Shown: in pieces, positions 30,896 through 40,900 of the stretch | Layout of the letters: every line of letters begins with the position of its first letter | Position numbering within the stretch: the first letter of the stretch is position 1 | Virus record (IMG/VR): IMGVR_UViG_3300037067_017690 | Location: 1-64,000 of that record | DNA: 64,000 nt | Origin: a virus | Lineage: Duplodnaviria; Caudoviricetes | Reading direction: 5' to 3' (one strand) | Program-made: the position numbers and the translations under genes | The notes under the pieces: model-generated | The model's input: only the letters and a program-made list of their open reading frames with translations | Told to the model about the DNA's origin: nothing | Database searches by the model: none

Positions 30896-32824
30896 TTGAA
30901 GAAGAAAAAAGATCAAATTCACGATAAATTAAATACAACTACTGCCCAGCTTGTTAGTAAGAATATTATAAAAACAAAATCTGGTGCTATGATGAAACGT
31001 GGCGGTGGGGCTGCTTACACTTATAATCCTGCTTATTATAATTTTAATCAGGGCAGACCAGAGGTAATGTTTGGTCCGAAAACTTCTCAGGAACAACATA
31101 GAGTTTGGAGAACACTTTATCAATTTGATCCAATAGCAGGAACTTGTATTGATTTATTTTCCGAATTGCCTTGGTCAGATTTCATTATTTCAAATGTTGA
31201 TGATCCAAGAATCAAAGAAATTTTTGAAATACAAAAAGATCGATCAAATTTATTGGATGTATTACCTGATATTACTCGCGAATATTTAACTCTTGGGAAA
31301 GCAGTTATTCATAATACGTTTGATGGTAATAATTATTTATGGAAAGATATTGTTCTTCAGAACCCTGATTATATTGAAGTGGTTAATATGCCGATATTTT
31401 CTCGAGAACCATTTTTATCATTAATCCCTGATCCTCAATTAAAAATGTTCATCAATAGTAAAGACCCTAGAATAAAAGAAATGTTTAGAGGATTACCTTC
31501 AGATGTATTAAGAAAATTGCTTGTTAATAAAAAGATTCCTTTATCAAATGCTAATACTACATATTTGTATAGAAAAATTTCTGGATATGATTACCAAGGA
31601 ACTTCTTTGATGACTCGTTTATATAAAATTGTAATGTATGAAGATGCAATTTATAATGCTTCTATTGCAGTTGCTCAGAGAAATGCTGCTCCATTAAGGT
31701 TATTTAAACTTGGTGATGCAAATAGTGGATGGATTCCTTCTCCAGAACAAACTCAGCAATTTATTGATATGCTGATGCAAGCTGAATCAGATCCTTATTC
31801 TGTTTTAGTATATCATTATGGTGTAGAAGTAGATTATGTTGGAGTAAGTGATAGACTGATGGGGATATCTCGTGAATGGGATTTTGTATCTCAAGTGAAA
31901 TTTATGGCACTTGGAATGTCAAGAGAACTTGTATCTGGTGAATCTACTTATTCTTCAATGCAAGGATCTTTACAAGTAATGACAGAAAGATTAAGAACAC
32001 TTCGTCAAAAAATCGAGAATGCATATATTATTGAAAAATTTTTTAAACCAATTGCTAGAGTTCATAAATTTTATAAAAGATCAGCTGCAGAAATCAAACA
32101 TAATGTACGAATTCAAAAAAATATAAATGATCAAGATCGCGATTTAATTTTGCCCACAATCAAATGGAATAAAGTTCTTGAAGGTACAAAAGATACTTCA
32201 TTGTTAAGTATTTGGCGTGAATTACAAACAATGGGGGCGTTATCAGTTAGAACTTATGCGGCTGGTGCAGGAATAGATCTTGATGAAGAACGTAAAAATA
32301 TTAAAGAAGATAACGAATGGCTGAAAAAGCATCAAGCTGAAATGACTCCTCCTCTCCCTCCTGGTGGTGGGGATCAAGGTTTTAATTTAGGGGGATCTTT
32401 AAAAGATAAAAAAGCATTTAATAAAAAAGAAAATATTTTAAGAAATCTTAGTCAGATAAAAAGGCTCAAAAAAAGTGCTGGTGGAAATAGTGTTCCTTCC
32501 GAAGTTTTTGATACAAAAATTTGGGACAAAAATGGAACTTATAATAACATAAATTTCCAAGATGTTGAAGAAATCGCAAGAATTGCTCTTGAAAAAAATC
32601 TAGATTGGGATCAAGTTGAAAGCGAATTAATCAAAGAAGGATTATCAGATTCTAAGATTGCTACAACAAGAGATATTTTTGAACAAGAAGGTATAGTTGA
32701 AAGAGAATATGCTAAAAATAAAAAATATGAACAAGCAAGTGTTAATAATCTTAATAAAGTCGTTGATAATCATGATAATGATGGTCCTAGTCGTTTAGGA
32801 ACACTTTTTCTTTCTGGTAAGTAA
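30896..32824 (+). CDS. Portal protein
   Basis: DPIAGTCIDLFSELP, PLRLFKLGD, LPTIKW; lies between terminase and protease. Confidence 0.82.
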   Translation: MKKKKDQIHDKLNTTTAQLVSKNIIKTKSGAMMKRGGGAAYTYNPAYYNFNQGRPEVMFGPKTSQEQHRVWRTLYQFDPIAGTCIDLFSELPWSDFIISNVDDPRIKEIFEIQKDRSNLLDVLPDITREYLTLGKAVIHNTFDGNNYLWKDIVLQNPDYIEVVNMPIFSREPFLSLIPDPQLKMFINSKDPRIKEMFRGLPSDVLRKLLVNKKIPLSNANTTYLYRKISGYDYQGTSLMTRLYKIVMYEDAIYNASIAVAQRNAAPLRLFKLGDANSGWIPSPEQTQQFIDMLMQAESDPYSVLVYHYGVEVDYVGVSDRLMGISREWDFVSQVKFMALGMSRELVSGESTYSSMQGSLQVMTERLRTLRQKIENAYIIEKFFKPIARVHKFYKRSAAEIKHNVRIQKNINDQDRDLILPTIKWNKVLEGTKDTSLLSIWRELQTMGALSVRTYAAGAGIDLDEERKNIKEDNEWLKKHQAEMTPPLPPGGGDQGFNLGGSLKDKKAFNKKENILRNLSQIKRLKKSAGGNSVPSEVFDTKIWDKNGTYNNINFQDVEEIARIALEKNLDWDQVESELIKEGLSDSKIATTRDIFEQEGIVEREYAKNKKYEQASVNNLNKVVDNHDNDGPSRLGTLFLSGK

Positions 32825-32967
32825 TTTCCTAAAATTCACTCTTTCATTTAAAATAAATTCTAGAATTCCTCTAAATACAGTTTTTAATTCTCAAAAGATA
32901 GATTGTTTTAAAATTATTTGAAAAGATGATTTTAAATTTCCTTAATCATACAAAGAGGATTAAATTC

Positions 32968-33129
32968 ATGGGTTTTAAAAAGACGGGTCCAGTAGAAATT
33001 ACACACGTATTTACATTAGATGAAGAAAAAGATTCAACTAATTTAGGATTAAATGTTGAAGCCTTTGAAAAAGCTAAACAAGAAAAAAAGGAAGGGGAAC
33101 AAAATGTTCAAGAAAATCGGAACAATTGA
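32968..33129 (+). CDS. Small protein upstream of the prohead protease
   Basis: GAGGA SD before MGFKKTG; N-terminus resembles that of the protease. Confidence 0.55.
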   Translation: MGFKKTGPVEITHVFTLDEEKDSTNLGLNVEAFEKAKQEKKEGEQNVQENRNN

Positions 33130-33973
33130 TATATCAAATGTTATAGAATATAATTTTCTTCGTGACGAATTTTCGAAACATGCTTCTATTAATCATAAAG
33201 CAAATATAAATCTGTTAGATTCTAATATTTTTAAAAAAGTTTCAAAACTTTATAATATTTCTTCTGATCCAAAGGATTATGTCTACGCAGTTGCACGCGG
33301 TGTGACCACATTGGTTAGAGGAGCAAGAGCTCAGGAAACTACAAATGCAAATGGTGATGCATTTCCAAGAGAAGAATTACTTCGTAAAAGAAGTGATGAT
33401 ATATTTGTGTACCAAACATTTAATTTAAAACCGCTTCACACAGAACATAAAGCTGATGATCCTAAAAAAGCAGCTGGTTTTTTATTAGATAGTCATTATA
33501 GCCAATTAAATCCAAATGATGAACATATTGATATCATCGTTTGTTGTGATAAGAAAAAAGACAAAGAAGGAGCTATGGGAATTTCTTCTGGTCGAGTAAA
33601 ATCTTTTAGTATGGGTTGCAATGTTGATTATACAGTGTGTTCTATTTGTGGAAAAAAAGCCGCAAAAAAAGCTGATTATTGCAATCATATTAGATTTATG
33701 AAATGCAGTTATGTAAATGGGAATTATTGTTTTGAGGAATGTTATGGAGTTGAATATTCTGAATTTTCTAAAGTGCGTCATCCCGCTGATAGAACTGCAC
33801 TCACAGAACAAATTTTATGTAAAGCTGCTTCTTCTAAGTCTGCCGTCACTCTCTTAGAGGATTTAGGTTTTAATAAAAAAGCAAAAATGGAAATTATGGG
33901 GTTCATACGGAATAATATGGATAATATGCCTGATTCAATGTTGCAATTGTGTGAGAAACTAATAGTCAACTAA
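33104..33973 (+). CDS. Prohead maturation protease
   Basis: NANGDAFP..EL, HTEH, KSFSMGC (putative catalytic His/Ser), CSICG...YCNH, EFSKV..PAD; start at MFKKIG after GGGG SD. Confidence 0.8.
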   Translation: MFKKIGTIDISNVIEYNFLRDEFSKHASINHKANINLLDSNIFKKVSKLYNISSDPKDYVYAVARGVTTLVRGARAQETTNANGDAFPREELLRKRSDDIFVYQTFNLKPLHTEHKADDPKKAAGFLLDSHYSQLNPNDEHIDIIVCCDKKKDKEGAMGISSGRVKSFSMGCNVDYTVCSICGKKAAKKADYCNHIRFMKCSYVNGNYCFEECYGVEYSEFSKVRHPADRTALTEQILCKAASSKSAVTLLEDLGFNKKAKMEIMGFIRNNMDNMPDSMLQLCEKLIVN

Positions 33974-33987
33974 AAGGAGGATTATTA

Positions 33988-35037
33988 ATGATTAAGAAAG
34001 CTCAAGGAGAGAAGGGAAATGATCCTCGCAAAGATTTACCAGAAGGTACTGGCGTTGGCGGATCTTATTTGAATACAGCTATTCAAGATAAGAATCCTGC
34101 TGATTTTCATAAAGACGCACCGCCTCCTGTGTTATCAGATGCGAAGGATATCGCTGATGCTAAAGATAAAGCAATTAGCGAACTTCAACCCTCTATGAGA
34201 AATCCTTCGACAGATCCTAATGAAAGGGTTCCAGAACCTGAGGATATGTCTAAATTGAGCATAGAAGAAAAAGGTTTAGCTGATGAACTTCGTGCAAGAA
34301 GAAAAGCTAGATTGAATTTTGTTGCTCAAGAAGAAAAAAAGGATGAGGAAGAGGAAAAGAAGGAAGAGGAAAAGAAATCTAAGAAATCTCAGACTGAAGA
34401 AAAAAAGGATGAGGAAGAAAAGAAATCTAAGAAATCTCAGACTGAAGAAAAAAAGGATGAAGAAGAGGAAAAGAAGGAAGAAGAGGAAAAGAAATCCAAG
34501 AAAGCTCAGACTGAAGAAAAAAAGGATGAGGAAGAGGAAAAGAAGGAAGAGGAAAAGGAGAGTAAAAAAAGCAGTTTAGTTCGTGAAGCAAATGAAAATT
34601 TTATTCGCAAACATAAAAAATGCATGAGACTCGCTAGTGTCGAACTCAACAAAAATCTTGTTGAAAATCCAATTAAGGCAGAATTATTCGACAAATTTGC
34701 TACACTTCTGGGATATAATGACGAAAATGAAATTGATGGTCATACTGCTTCTCTTGTTCAAAATGCAATTGAGATAGCATTTGAAAATGCTGGTGAAAAA
34801 TGGTTCAACAAATTAATGGAAAGAACCGCAAGTTACATAGGTTTTAATGATGAATCTTTAGTTCAAGTTGAAGCTACATATGCTGGATTAAAAACTGCAA
34901 AAGTTGTTTCTGCTGAAGGTGTTGATGTAAAAGAAGCTGCAAGACTTACTGAAGGTAATGTTCCAGTTCTTACAAAAACATCAAGCATTAAAGGTTACAA
35001 AAATGTTCTTGATGGTGCATTTACTATTAAGAAATAA
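33988..35037 (+). CDS. Capsid scaffolding protein
   Basis: Lies between protease and capsid genes; E/K-rich repeats; many K-x-A/S motifs. Confidence 0.72.
   Translation: MIKKAQGEKGNDPRKDLPEGTGVGGSYLNTAIQDKNPADFHKDAPPPVLSDAKDIADAKDKAISELQPSMRNPSTDPNERVPEPEDMSKLSIEEKGLADELRARRKARLNFVAQEEKKDEEEEKKEEEKKSKKSQTEEKKDEEEKKSKKSQTEEKKDEEEEKKEEEEKKSKKAQTEEKKDEEEEKKEEEKESKKSSLVREANENFIRKHKKCMRLASVELNKNLVENPIKAELFDKFATLLGYNDENEIDGHTASLVQNAIEIAFENAGEKWFNKLMERTASYIGFNDESLVQVEATYAGLKTAKVVSAEGVDVKEAARLTEGNVPVLTKTSSIKGYKNVLDGAFTIKK
34324..34572 (+). repeat. Coding tandem repeat (A/S)QTEEKKDEEE(EKKEEE)KKSKK, 4 copies
   Basis: Near-identical CTCAGACTGAAGAAAAAAAGGATGA units. Confidence 0.85.
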
Positions 35038-35067
35038 CATTAAATAAGTTTAAGGAGGATTTTCGAA

Positions 35068-35751
35068 ATGATAGACAAAAATGCAGTAAAAGTTGTTGGT
35101 AGAAAGGTTTCAGAACCTGTTCTTCCATCTGCCCAGTTTGAAGCTGGCACAGTTCTTGCTGTTATTGATAATGGCGGAAAAAGAGCAACTCGTCCAGTTT
35201 ATTCTACTGATGCGGCTGGCGTTGTTCTTGGTTGTGCTTGGAATGATAAAGCACTTATTCGTAAAAAAGCTCTTATTGATGAAGCAGTAGTTTTAATTAG
35301 TAGCGATGTTACTAATTTGAAAAAATCATTAGTTCAGGATGTTAAAGTTACTAATGTAGCAAAAACATCTACATTTACACTTTCTGATTACAGTGTGAAT
35401 GCAACTAATGGTACAATTCAAAGAGTTCCAGCAGGAGATATTGCTGATGGTTCCACAGTTCTTGTGAGTTATGTTTATCAGCTTTCAGAAGTGGAATTAA
35501 TTACTGAAGGTACAAACGTTCATGGTAATTTGGATGATACCGCAGCTACTGGAGAAATTACAGTGCTCCGTGATTACACGATTGTTCCGACAAATGTTTT
35601 TGACACTAAGGAAGCATATGCAATAGGCGATGCACTAAAAGTGAAAACTGGTGGAATATTTAATAAAACCACTGGTCCACTTTTTGGTAAGGTTTATGCT
35701 GCTCCTACTGCTGCATATCCGTTTTTAACAGTTGAATATCCAGCTAACTAA
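35068..35751 (+). CDS. Head decoration/minor capsid protein
   Basis: Directly upstream of the major capsid gene; DDTAATGEITV, FDT..AYAIGDAL, GKVYAAPTA..PFL. Confidence 0.65.
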   Translation: MIDKNAVKVVGRKVSEPVLPSAQFEAGTVLAVIDNGGKRATRPVYSTDAAGVVLGCAWNDKALIRKKALIDEAVVLISSDVTNLKKSLVQDVKVTNVAKTSTFTLSDYSVNATNGTIQRVPAGDIADGSTVLVSYVYQLSEVELITEGTNVHGNLDDTAATGEITVLRDYTIVPTNVFDTKEAYAIGDALKVKTGGIFNKTTGPLFGKVYAAPTAAYPFLTVEYPAN

Positions 35752-35791
35752 TTGAAATTATTTTAACAGAGAAAAAAGGAGAATAGGAAAG

Positions 35792-36931
35792 ATGAATAAT
35801 CCTTATAGAAAATCTCCAGTTATTACGGAGCAAATAAAGACAGCAGGTGGTGCTAGTTCGCTTATTAGTGAATTCAATATGCCAGCTGGTAAAACTCTGA
35901 AAACTGGAACGGTAGATTACTCGAAGGAATCAGTTTTCAATAAAACTGGTGAACTTAACGCATCTAATAAAAGAGATGCACTTTCACAGATTCAGCACAT
36001 TCTGACACATAAAGATGCTTGGATGGCTGCTGAACTTGGAAAGAAAATTGCTGCTGATTCAAGCATGTTCAATAATGCTGAAGTTGGTCAGGCAATTCGG
36101 GAAGCGTTCAATGATCCGACTGGTGAAGGTCATGCCATTATCGGTCAGCAATTATTGAATCCGATTAAAGAAATAATCGACTATGAAGGTTGGGTCCGTA
36201 AGGTTCTCAAAGTTCGTACTGTCGGTGATGGTGAAATCGTACGTTACGATAAAGATATTCATGTTGTTGCATGGGTTGTTGCAGAAGATGCAGAAACTCC
36301 AGAATCAAGAGTTACTGGCAAATACATCTATCCACCTGAATTTGAAGTTACAGCTCGTCCTACAGTGTTGTTAAAGGATATATTCCAGAAACAATACGAC
36401 GTTCTTGCAAGAGCTCAGGACAAAGCTCGTCAAGGTATTGAATACAAGGAAGATAGTGCTGGTATTGCTCTTTTGAGAAAAGCTGCTGTCACAGTTAATG
36501 ATGTGACTTATTTTGCTAATCTCAACCTCAATTCACTTGAAGATATCAAATATCAGGTTGAAAAAAACCGTTTGGTAGTTGATAAATTCTTAATCAACAG
36601 ACGTGAAATGGGAGACATTATTAAATATATGTCAGCTCAGGTTGATCCAGTTACTCAGAGAGAAATGATTCTTGCTGGTTATGTTGCAACAGTTCTCAAT
36701 GCTGCTATTATTACATCAGCTGGTACAGGCGTGTATGAAGTAGTTGCTCCTGGTGAAGTGTTTGCATGTACTGCTCCTGATTACATGGGTGGTATGCCAA
36801 TCAGACAGGATCTGATGAGTGAACCATTTAGCCAGAGCCTTGAAGGCAAACCTGCTCGTGGTTGGATGTATTATGAATTAATTTCTCAGGTGATCGTTAA
36901 TCCGAAGGCTGTATCCGTTGGTCGCAAATAA
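35792..36931 (+). CDS. Major capsid protein (HK97 fold)
   Basis: PIKEIIDYEG..RK, RYDKD, PPEFEV, C-terminal GWMYYELISQVIVNPKAV; followed by a terminator. Confidence 0.85.
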   Translation: MNNPYRKSPVITEQIKTAGGASSLISEFNMPAGKTLKTGTVDYSKESVFNKTGELNASNKRDALSQIQHILTHKDAWMAAELGKKIAADSSMFNNAEVGQAIREAFNDPTGEGHAIIGQQLLNPIKEIIDYEGWVRKVLKVRTVGDGEIVRYDKDIHVVAWVVAEDAETPESRVTGKYIYPPEFEVTARPTVLLKDIFQKQYDVLARAQDKARQGIEYKEDSAGIALLRKAAVTVNDVTYFANLNLNSLEDIKYQVEKNRLVVDKFLINRREMGDIIKYMSAQVDPVTQREMILAGYVATVLNAAIITSAGTGVYEVVAPGEVFACTAPDYMGGMPIRQDLMSEPFSQSLEGKPARGWMYYELISQVIVNPKAVSVGRK

Positions 36932-36938
36932 ATAATTT

Positions 36939-36966
36939 GGGGGAGTTTTTTCTCCCCCTTTTATTG
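36939..36966 (+). terminator. Rho-independent terminator
   Basis: GGGGGAG/CTCCCCC stem followed by T-run. Confidence 0.85.
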
Positions 36967-37010
36967 CTTCCAAAAAGGTATAAAACTCAGTTAGGGAGGA
37001 TTAATTATAA

Positions 37011-37550
37011 ATGAATAATAGATCATCAGAAATTAAAAAGGTAGCAGCTGTTCGTGTTGCCAGCGATATGTTGACAGCATTGGACAAAACTGCAGAAGAT
37101 TTTGAAAAGCAGGGTAATCGTACTGCTGCTTATCAAGTCGATCTTGCTCGTCATTTCCTCAAGAAAGCTATTGAAGAAGGCGAATTAGACGGCATCGAAG
37201 TTCCAGAAGATCTTCTCAGTAACGACCTTTTCGAAAACGTAATTGATGATGATCCGTATAGTCCTTTTCAGGTGGAAGATAATCTTGATGATGAAATCAT
37301 TTTGAAATCTAATCCAGATGCTGAACCTGTATTGGATGACGATCTTAATAGCTTAGATCTTGACGATCTAGATGATCTAGGTGTTTCGGGAAATACAAAG
37401 CCAGACTTTGAACCGGAATGTTCTGGTCGTTGTGGCGGATTAAAGAAATTCGATTACGAGAAGTGTGCTTATTTAGAAAATGATGAAAGTTCCAAAAGAG
37501 CTAGTCGTCTTTCAAAAATGGCAGAAAGTTATAGAAGATCTCGTAGGTAA
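37011..37550 (+). CDS. Acidic leader-bearing head-associated protein
   Basis: MNNRSSEIKKVA; LDKTAEDFEKQG...AYQVD helical motif; Asp-rich. Confidence 0.65.
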   Translation: MNNRSSEIKKVAAVRVASDMLTALDKTAEDFEKQGNRTAAYQVDLARHFLKKAIEEGELDGIEVPEDLLSNDLFENVIDDDPYSPFQVEDNLDDEIILKSNPDAEPVLDDDLNSLDLDDLDDLGVSGNTKPDFEPECSGRCGGLKKFDYEKCAYLENDESSKRASRLSKMAESYRRSRR

Positions 37551-37557
37551 TATAATT

Positions 37558-37591
37558 TATGGGGGTAGAATTTTTACCCCCATATTTTTTT
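37558..37591 (+). terminator. Rho-independent terminator
   Basis: TATGGGGGTA/TACCCCCATA stem followed by T-run. Confidence 0.85.
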
Positions 37592-37629
37592 ATAGTTAGT
37601 AAAAATTAAAGTTAGAAGGAGAATTTAAA

Positions 37630-38271
37630 ATGTCAGCACTTAAAATCAAAAGTCTTCACGAACATTTTTCTGGTCTAGAAAAAGAAATTTGGGTTCAAAA
37701 TGTTTCCAATCCTCAAGGTAATATCGTAGTTACAATTGATATTGAAACAGGAGAATCTGTTACAATTCCTAAGGGTCCAGATCCATTACCGCTTACAGAA
37801 AGATTTACATTTGATAAATTAAAAAAATCGAATGAATTACGTCAATTGGTTATGGATAAAAAATATTTGAGAATTCTTACCTCAGAAGAAGCTGATGAAT
37901 ATTATTCCAAAAAAGGTAAAAATCGCTATGATAATGTAACAAAAAGACAATCACAATTAGAACAAAAAGTCATGAATGATGCTCTTGATACAATTCAACA
38001 AGTTGAACAAGGAAAGGCAACAGTTGGAAATGTTCTTGGAGAAACTGTTAAAAAAGCTGAGGAATTAATTCCACCAAAAATTTACGATCTTGAAAATCAG
38101 TTTAGGAATAAAGTTCTAACTGAAGATGATTATATTGAACAATTAAGATTGATCATTACAGATATAAACGAAGAATCGTTGGCTTACTTACAAAGTAAAA
38201 CAAAAAACGCTAAGAAGGTCAAAGATTTCTTAAAAGAAGTTCAGAAAGAAATAGTTTCAACAGATGAATGA
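37630..38271 (+). CDS. Hypothetical protein of the head cluster
   Basis: 213-aa ORF with AGGAG SD. Confidence 0.65.
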   Translation: MSALKIKSLHEHFSGLEKEIWVQNVSNPQGNIVVTIDIETGESVTIPKGPDPLPLTERFTFDKLKKSNELRQLVMDKKYLRILTSEEADEYYSKKGKNRYDNVTKRQSQLEQKVMNDALDTIQQVEQGKATVGNVLGETVKKAEELIPPKIYDLENQFRNKVLTEDDYIEQLRLIITDINEESLAYLQSKTKNAKKVKDFLKEVQKEIVSTDE

Positions 38272-38575
38272 TACAAAAGAAAAAGTTGTAACAATTAAAG
38301 AAGGACAGGTAGTTGATGATGGAAAATATTTTTCCACATCGGAACTAAATGTTGCAGGATATCTCCATTTCAAAGGAAAACGAGTAGTTTCTGCTGATCG
38401 CCTCGAAAGTGGTAAATATGAAATTACTTTTAGTAATCCTGAACTCGAAAATGGAAAATCTTGCGAAGAACTCGAAATTGAATTTCTTAATTCAGAATAT
38501 ATCAAATTTGATAATTCAATGAAAACAATTAAGAAAATTATCTACTCTAAAAATAATAGCGGTAGAAGAAAATAA
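38264..38575 (+). CDS. Small conserved phage protein (DUF5659-like)
   Basis: FSTSELNVAGYL..KG motif. Confidence 0.5.
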   Translation: MNDTKEKVVTIKEGQVVDDGKYFSTSELNVAGYLHFKGKRVVSADRLESGKYEITFSNPELENGKSCEELEIEFLNSEYIKFDNSMKTIKKIIYSKNNSGRRK

Positions 38576-38601
38576 TTTGCGAGTTTCTGTTTTATAAAAT
38601 T

Positions 38602-38640
38602 AAAGGCGATTGAGCATCATTTGCTTAATCGCCTTTTTTG
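38602..38640 (+). terminator. Rho-independent terminator
   Basis: AAGGCGATTGAGCA/TGCTTAATCGCCTT stem followed by T-run. Confidence 0.85.
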
Positions 38641-38662
38641 TTCCCCGTTTAAAATTATTTTT

Positions 38663-39076
38663 ATGAAAATAGCATATTCTCTCACAGCACAAAAACCTAA
38701 TTGGCTCAATATAATTTTCTGGTTAACAGATTATATAAATGATGAATGGATTATTGTTCAACAACCTACATATTTAGGATCAATTGAATTAAATGGTAGT
38801 AGTCTTATTACAAATATAGAATCTTCAGTTAATGGATTTTATCCATTTAAAATAAAAGTCCACGCTTCTAAATTTGATGCTTTGGCTACAGGTGGTATAG
38901 GTAAAATTAAAATGATCATTGGGTCATTGAGTACCGAATTAGAAAATCCTCCAATGCATGTGTTGAAACAAACGGATAAACCAATCGATGAAAGTTCAGT
39001 AATAGAAATTAGTAAACAAAAAGGACTATGGGATTTATACCCATGGAACCAAGAAAATGATGATTTTACTAATTAA
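38663..39076 (+). CDS. Hypothetical protein
   Basis: Start reassigned to MKIAYS, after the terminator and TAAAAT-N7. Confidence 0.55.
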   Translation: MKIAYSLTAQKPNWLNIIFWLTDYINDEWIIVQQPTYLGSIELNGSSLITNIESSVNGFYPFKIKVHASKFDALATGGIGKIKMIIGSLSTELENPPMHVLKQTDKPIDESSVIEISKQKGLWDLYPWNQENDDFTN

Positions 39077-40283
39077 AGCAAATCTTTTTCTGCGTCAAAG
39101 GGATCATATCAGAGTCAAAAATTTTTCTAACTCCTGCTCCTTTGTGTTTAATAATTTTAGAAGCATTATAATCTGCTTCTAATTCTATTCCACATTTCAG
39201 ACACTTGAAGAGTGACTGACTCACTCGATTGTCCTCATGTCTGAATCCACATTCTGAACATTCCCGACTCGTAAAAGCAGGATTGACTATAGTAAAAAGA
39301 ATACCATTCTCTTCACAAAATCTGTTCAATTTCTTGTGGGTAAAATTATATACCCACCTAACATATTTATTATCACACTTCTTACGCTTCTTCAAATCTC
39401 GGAGATCTTCTACTTTAATTTCTTTAATATTTTTCAAACTGAGATTATTCACTAAATGATTAATATATTCATTTCTATAAATCAATGATTGCCTAAAATT
39501 TTTAGATCCGGAATAATTTTCTGTTGGTTGCTTCTTGCGAGAAATTTTATCATAAATTTTATGGAGATCTTTAGTTCCAATATATTCTTGTCTTGAAGTA
39601 ACTAGAAGATTTATAAATCCCATATCGATTCCTAAAATATCTCCTGAAGATTTCAAAGGAACTTCTTTTTCGTGAATAAACTTTAACCAATATCTATCTT
39701 GAAGATCTTTGCGAAGAAATATAGTTTTCTTGTGAGTCCAATCTTTATACTTATTAGAATGTTTATGGTGTTTTATAGGAAGATTAAAAGTATGAGCATA
39801 TTTTTTATTCCTCATATAGGGAGATCTAATCAGAATAAATTCATCAAAATGAATGGAATCCTTAGAATCCCACATTGTCTGATCTAATTCTATTTGAATT
39901 GTTTTGAAATCTGGAATCTTTAATTTTTCAATAATACCAATTTCTTCGAATCTCTTCTTAAGAAATACTAATTGTCTATTTTTCTTAAGAAAATATTTCA
40001 TACATTTTTTATATTTATGTAATTTATATTTCCAGAAATTTCGTCTAAGATGTTCTATTTCTAAAGATGCATGTTGATAGCATTGTTTTCTCCATTGAGA
40101 ATGTTGAAGTTTATTGATTGGCAACAATTTAGTGGACAACATCTTCTTATGAGGAAGTTCTCTAGAAATAATCTTTTCCATGTAAAATTTAAGATCCGTC
40201 TCATAATCCTTAAATAATTGATCAAGAATCAGAGTCTTCTTAGAAGTCTGAAATTTTAAAAGATGTTTAGATGTTCGAATCAT
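39069..40283 (-). CDS. tnpB: Stand-alone TnpB RNA-guided endonuclease
   Basis: RuvC LGIDMG, VEDL, ADYNAS all intact; CSEC/CLKC Zn finger; no adjacent tnpA. Start reassigned to MIRTSK. Confidence 0.88.
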   Translation of the reverse strand: MIRTSKHLLKFQTSKKTLILDQLFKDYETDLKFYMEKIISRELPHKKMLSTKLLPINKLQHSQWRKQCYQHASLEIEHLRRNFWKYKLHKYKKCMKYFLKKNRQLVFLKKRFEEIGIIEKLKIPDFKTIQIELDQTMWDSKDSIHFDEFILIRSPYMRNKKYAHTFNLPIKHHKHSNKYKDWTHKKTIFLRKDLQDRYWLKFIHEKEVPLKSSGDILGIDMGFINLLVTSRQEYIGTKDLHKIYDKISRKKQPTENYSGSKNFRQSLIYRNEYINHLVNNLSLKNIKEIKVEDLRDLKKRKKCDNKYVRWVYNFTHKKLNRFCEENGILFTIVNPAFTSRECSECGFRHEDNRVSQSLFKCLKCGIELEADYNASKIIKHKGAGVRKIFDSDMIPLTQKKICFN

Positions 40284-40339
40284 TTTTATACTATACCTGA
40301 ATAAATTTAAAAAGTTATAATTTTTCAAAGGACAATTTT

Positions 40340-40741
40340 ATGAAAAAAGCAATTTTTTATAATGGTGACAAAAAATTAAATATTCTGGTTCCAGAATCAA
40401 TTGATGAGAAATATCGGGGCATGAAGGTTTTTAAATCAGAAAAAGATTGCGAATATGATGGAATGATGTTCGAATTCGGTTCAGATATTGATTATATGAC
40501 TATGAATGGGATGAAGTTCCCATTGACCATGGTTTTTCTTGAAAAGGATATGTCATTTATTAACCAAATTGATGCAGAAATCGATGATGATAATATACCA
40601 ATACCAGAGCGTGCTAAGAGCTGTTTAGAATTGATAAAAGACTTATCCTTTTATAAGGATAAAAATAATCGTGTAGAGATCACAAACGATCAAGAAACAC
40701 GGTTTAAAAAACTCTCCAAATTAATAAGAGAATTATTTTAA
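40340..40741 (+). CDS. DUF192-family protein
   Basis: RGM...GMMFEF...TMNGMKFPLTMVFL...LEL. Confidence 0.65.
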   Translation: MKKAIFYNGDKKLNILVPESIDEKYRGMKVFKSEKDCEYDGMMFEFGSDIDYMTMNGMKFPLTMVFLEKDMSFINQIDAEIDDDNIPIPERAKSCLELIKDLSFYKDKNNRVEITNDQETRFKKLSKLIRELF

Positions 40742-40900
40742 TTCAAATACTAAATTTCCACAATCCCATATTCTATCGAAACCATTGATTTGCATATTCT
40801 CCCATTCAGTAAGTTTAGGATCAAAGATAGTAAGAATTTTAGATAGTTTGTGTTTTTGATACTTTATGCGGGATTGTAAAATATCATATTTAGTATAAAA

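Noticed and set aside
34319-34579. Arg/Lys-rich protamine-like ORF
   Set aside because: Alternative frame of the GAA/AAG scaffold repeats; TTG start with no SD.
35792-36931. Cellular encapsulin operon (shell plus ferritin)
   Set aside because: The shell gene sits in a terminase-portal-protease-scaffold cluster with contractile tail genes, so it is a phage capsid.
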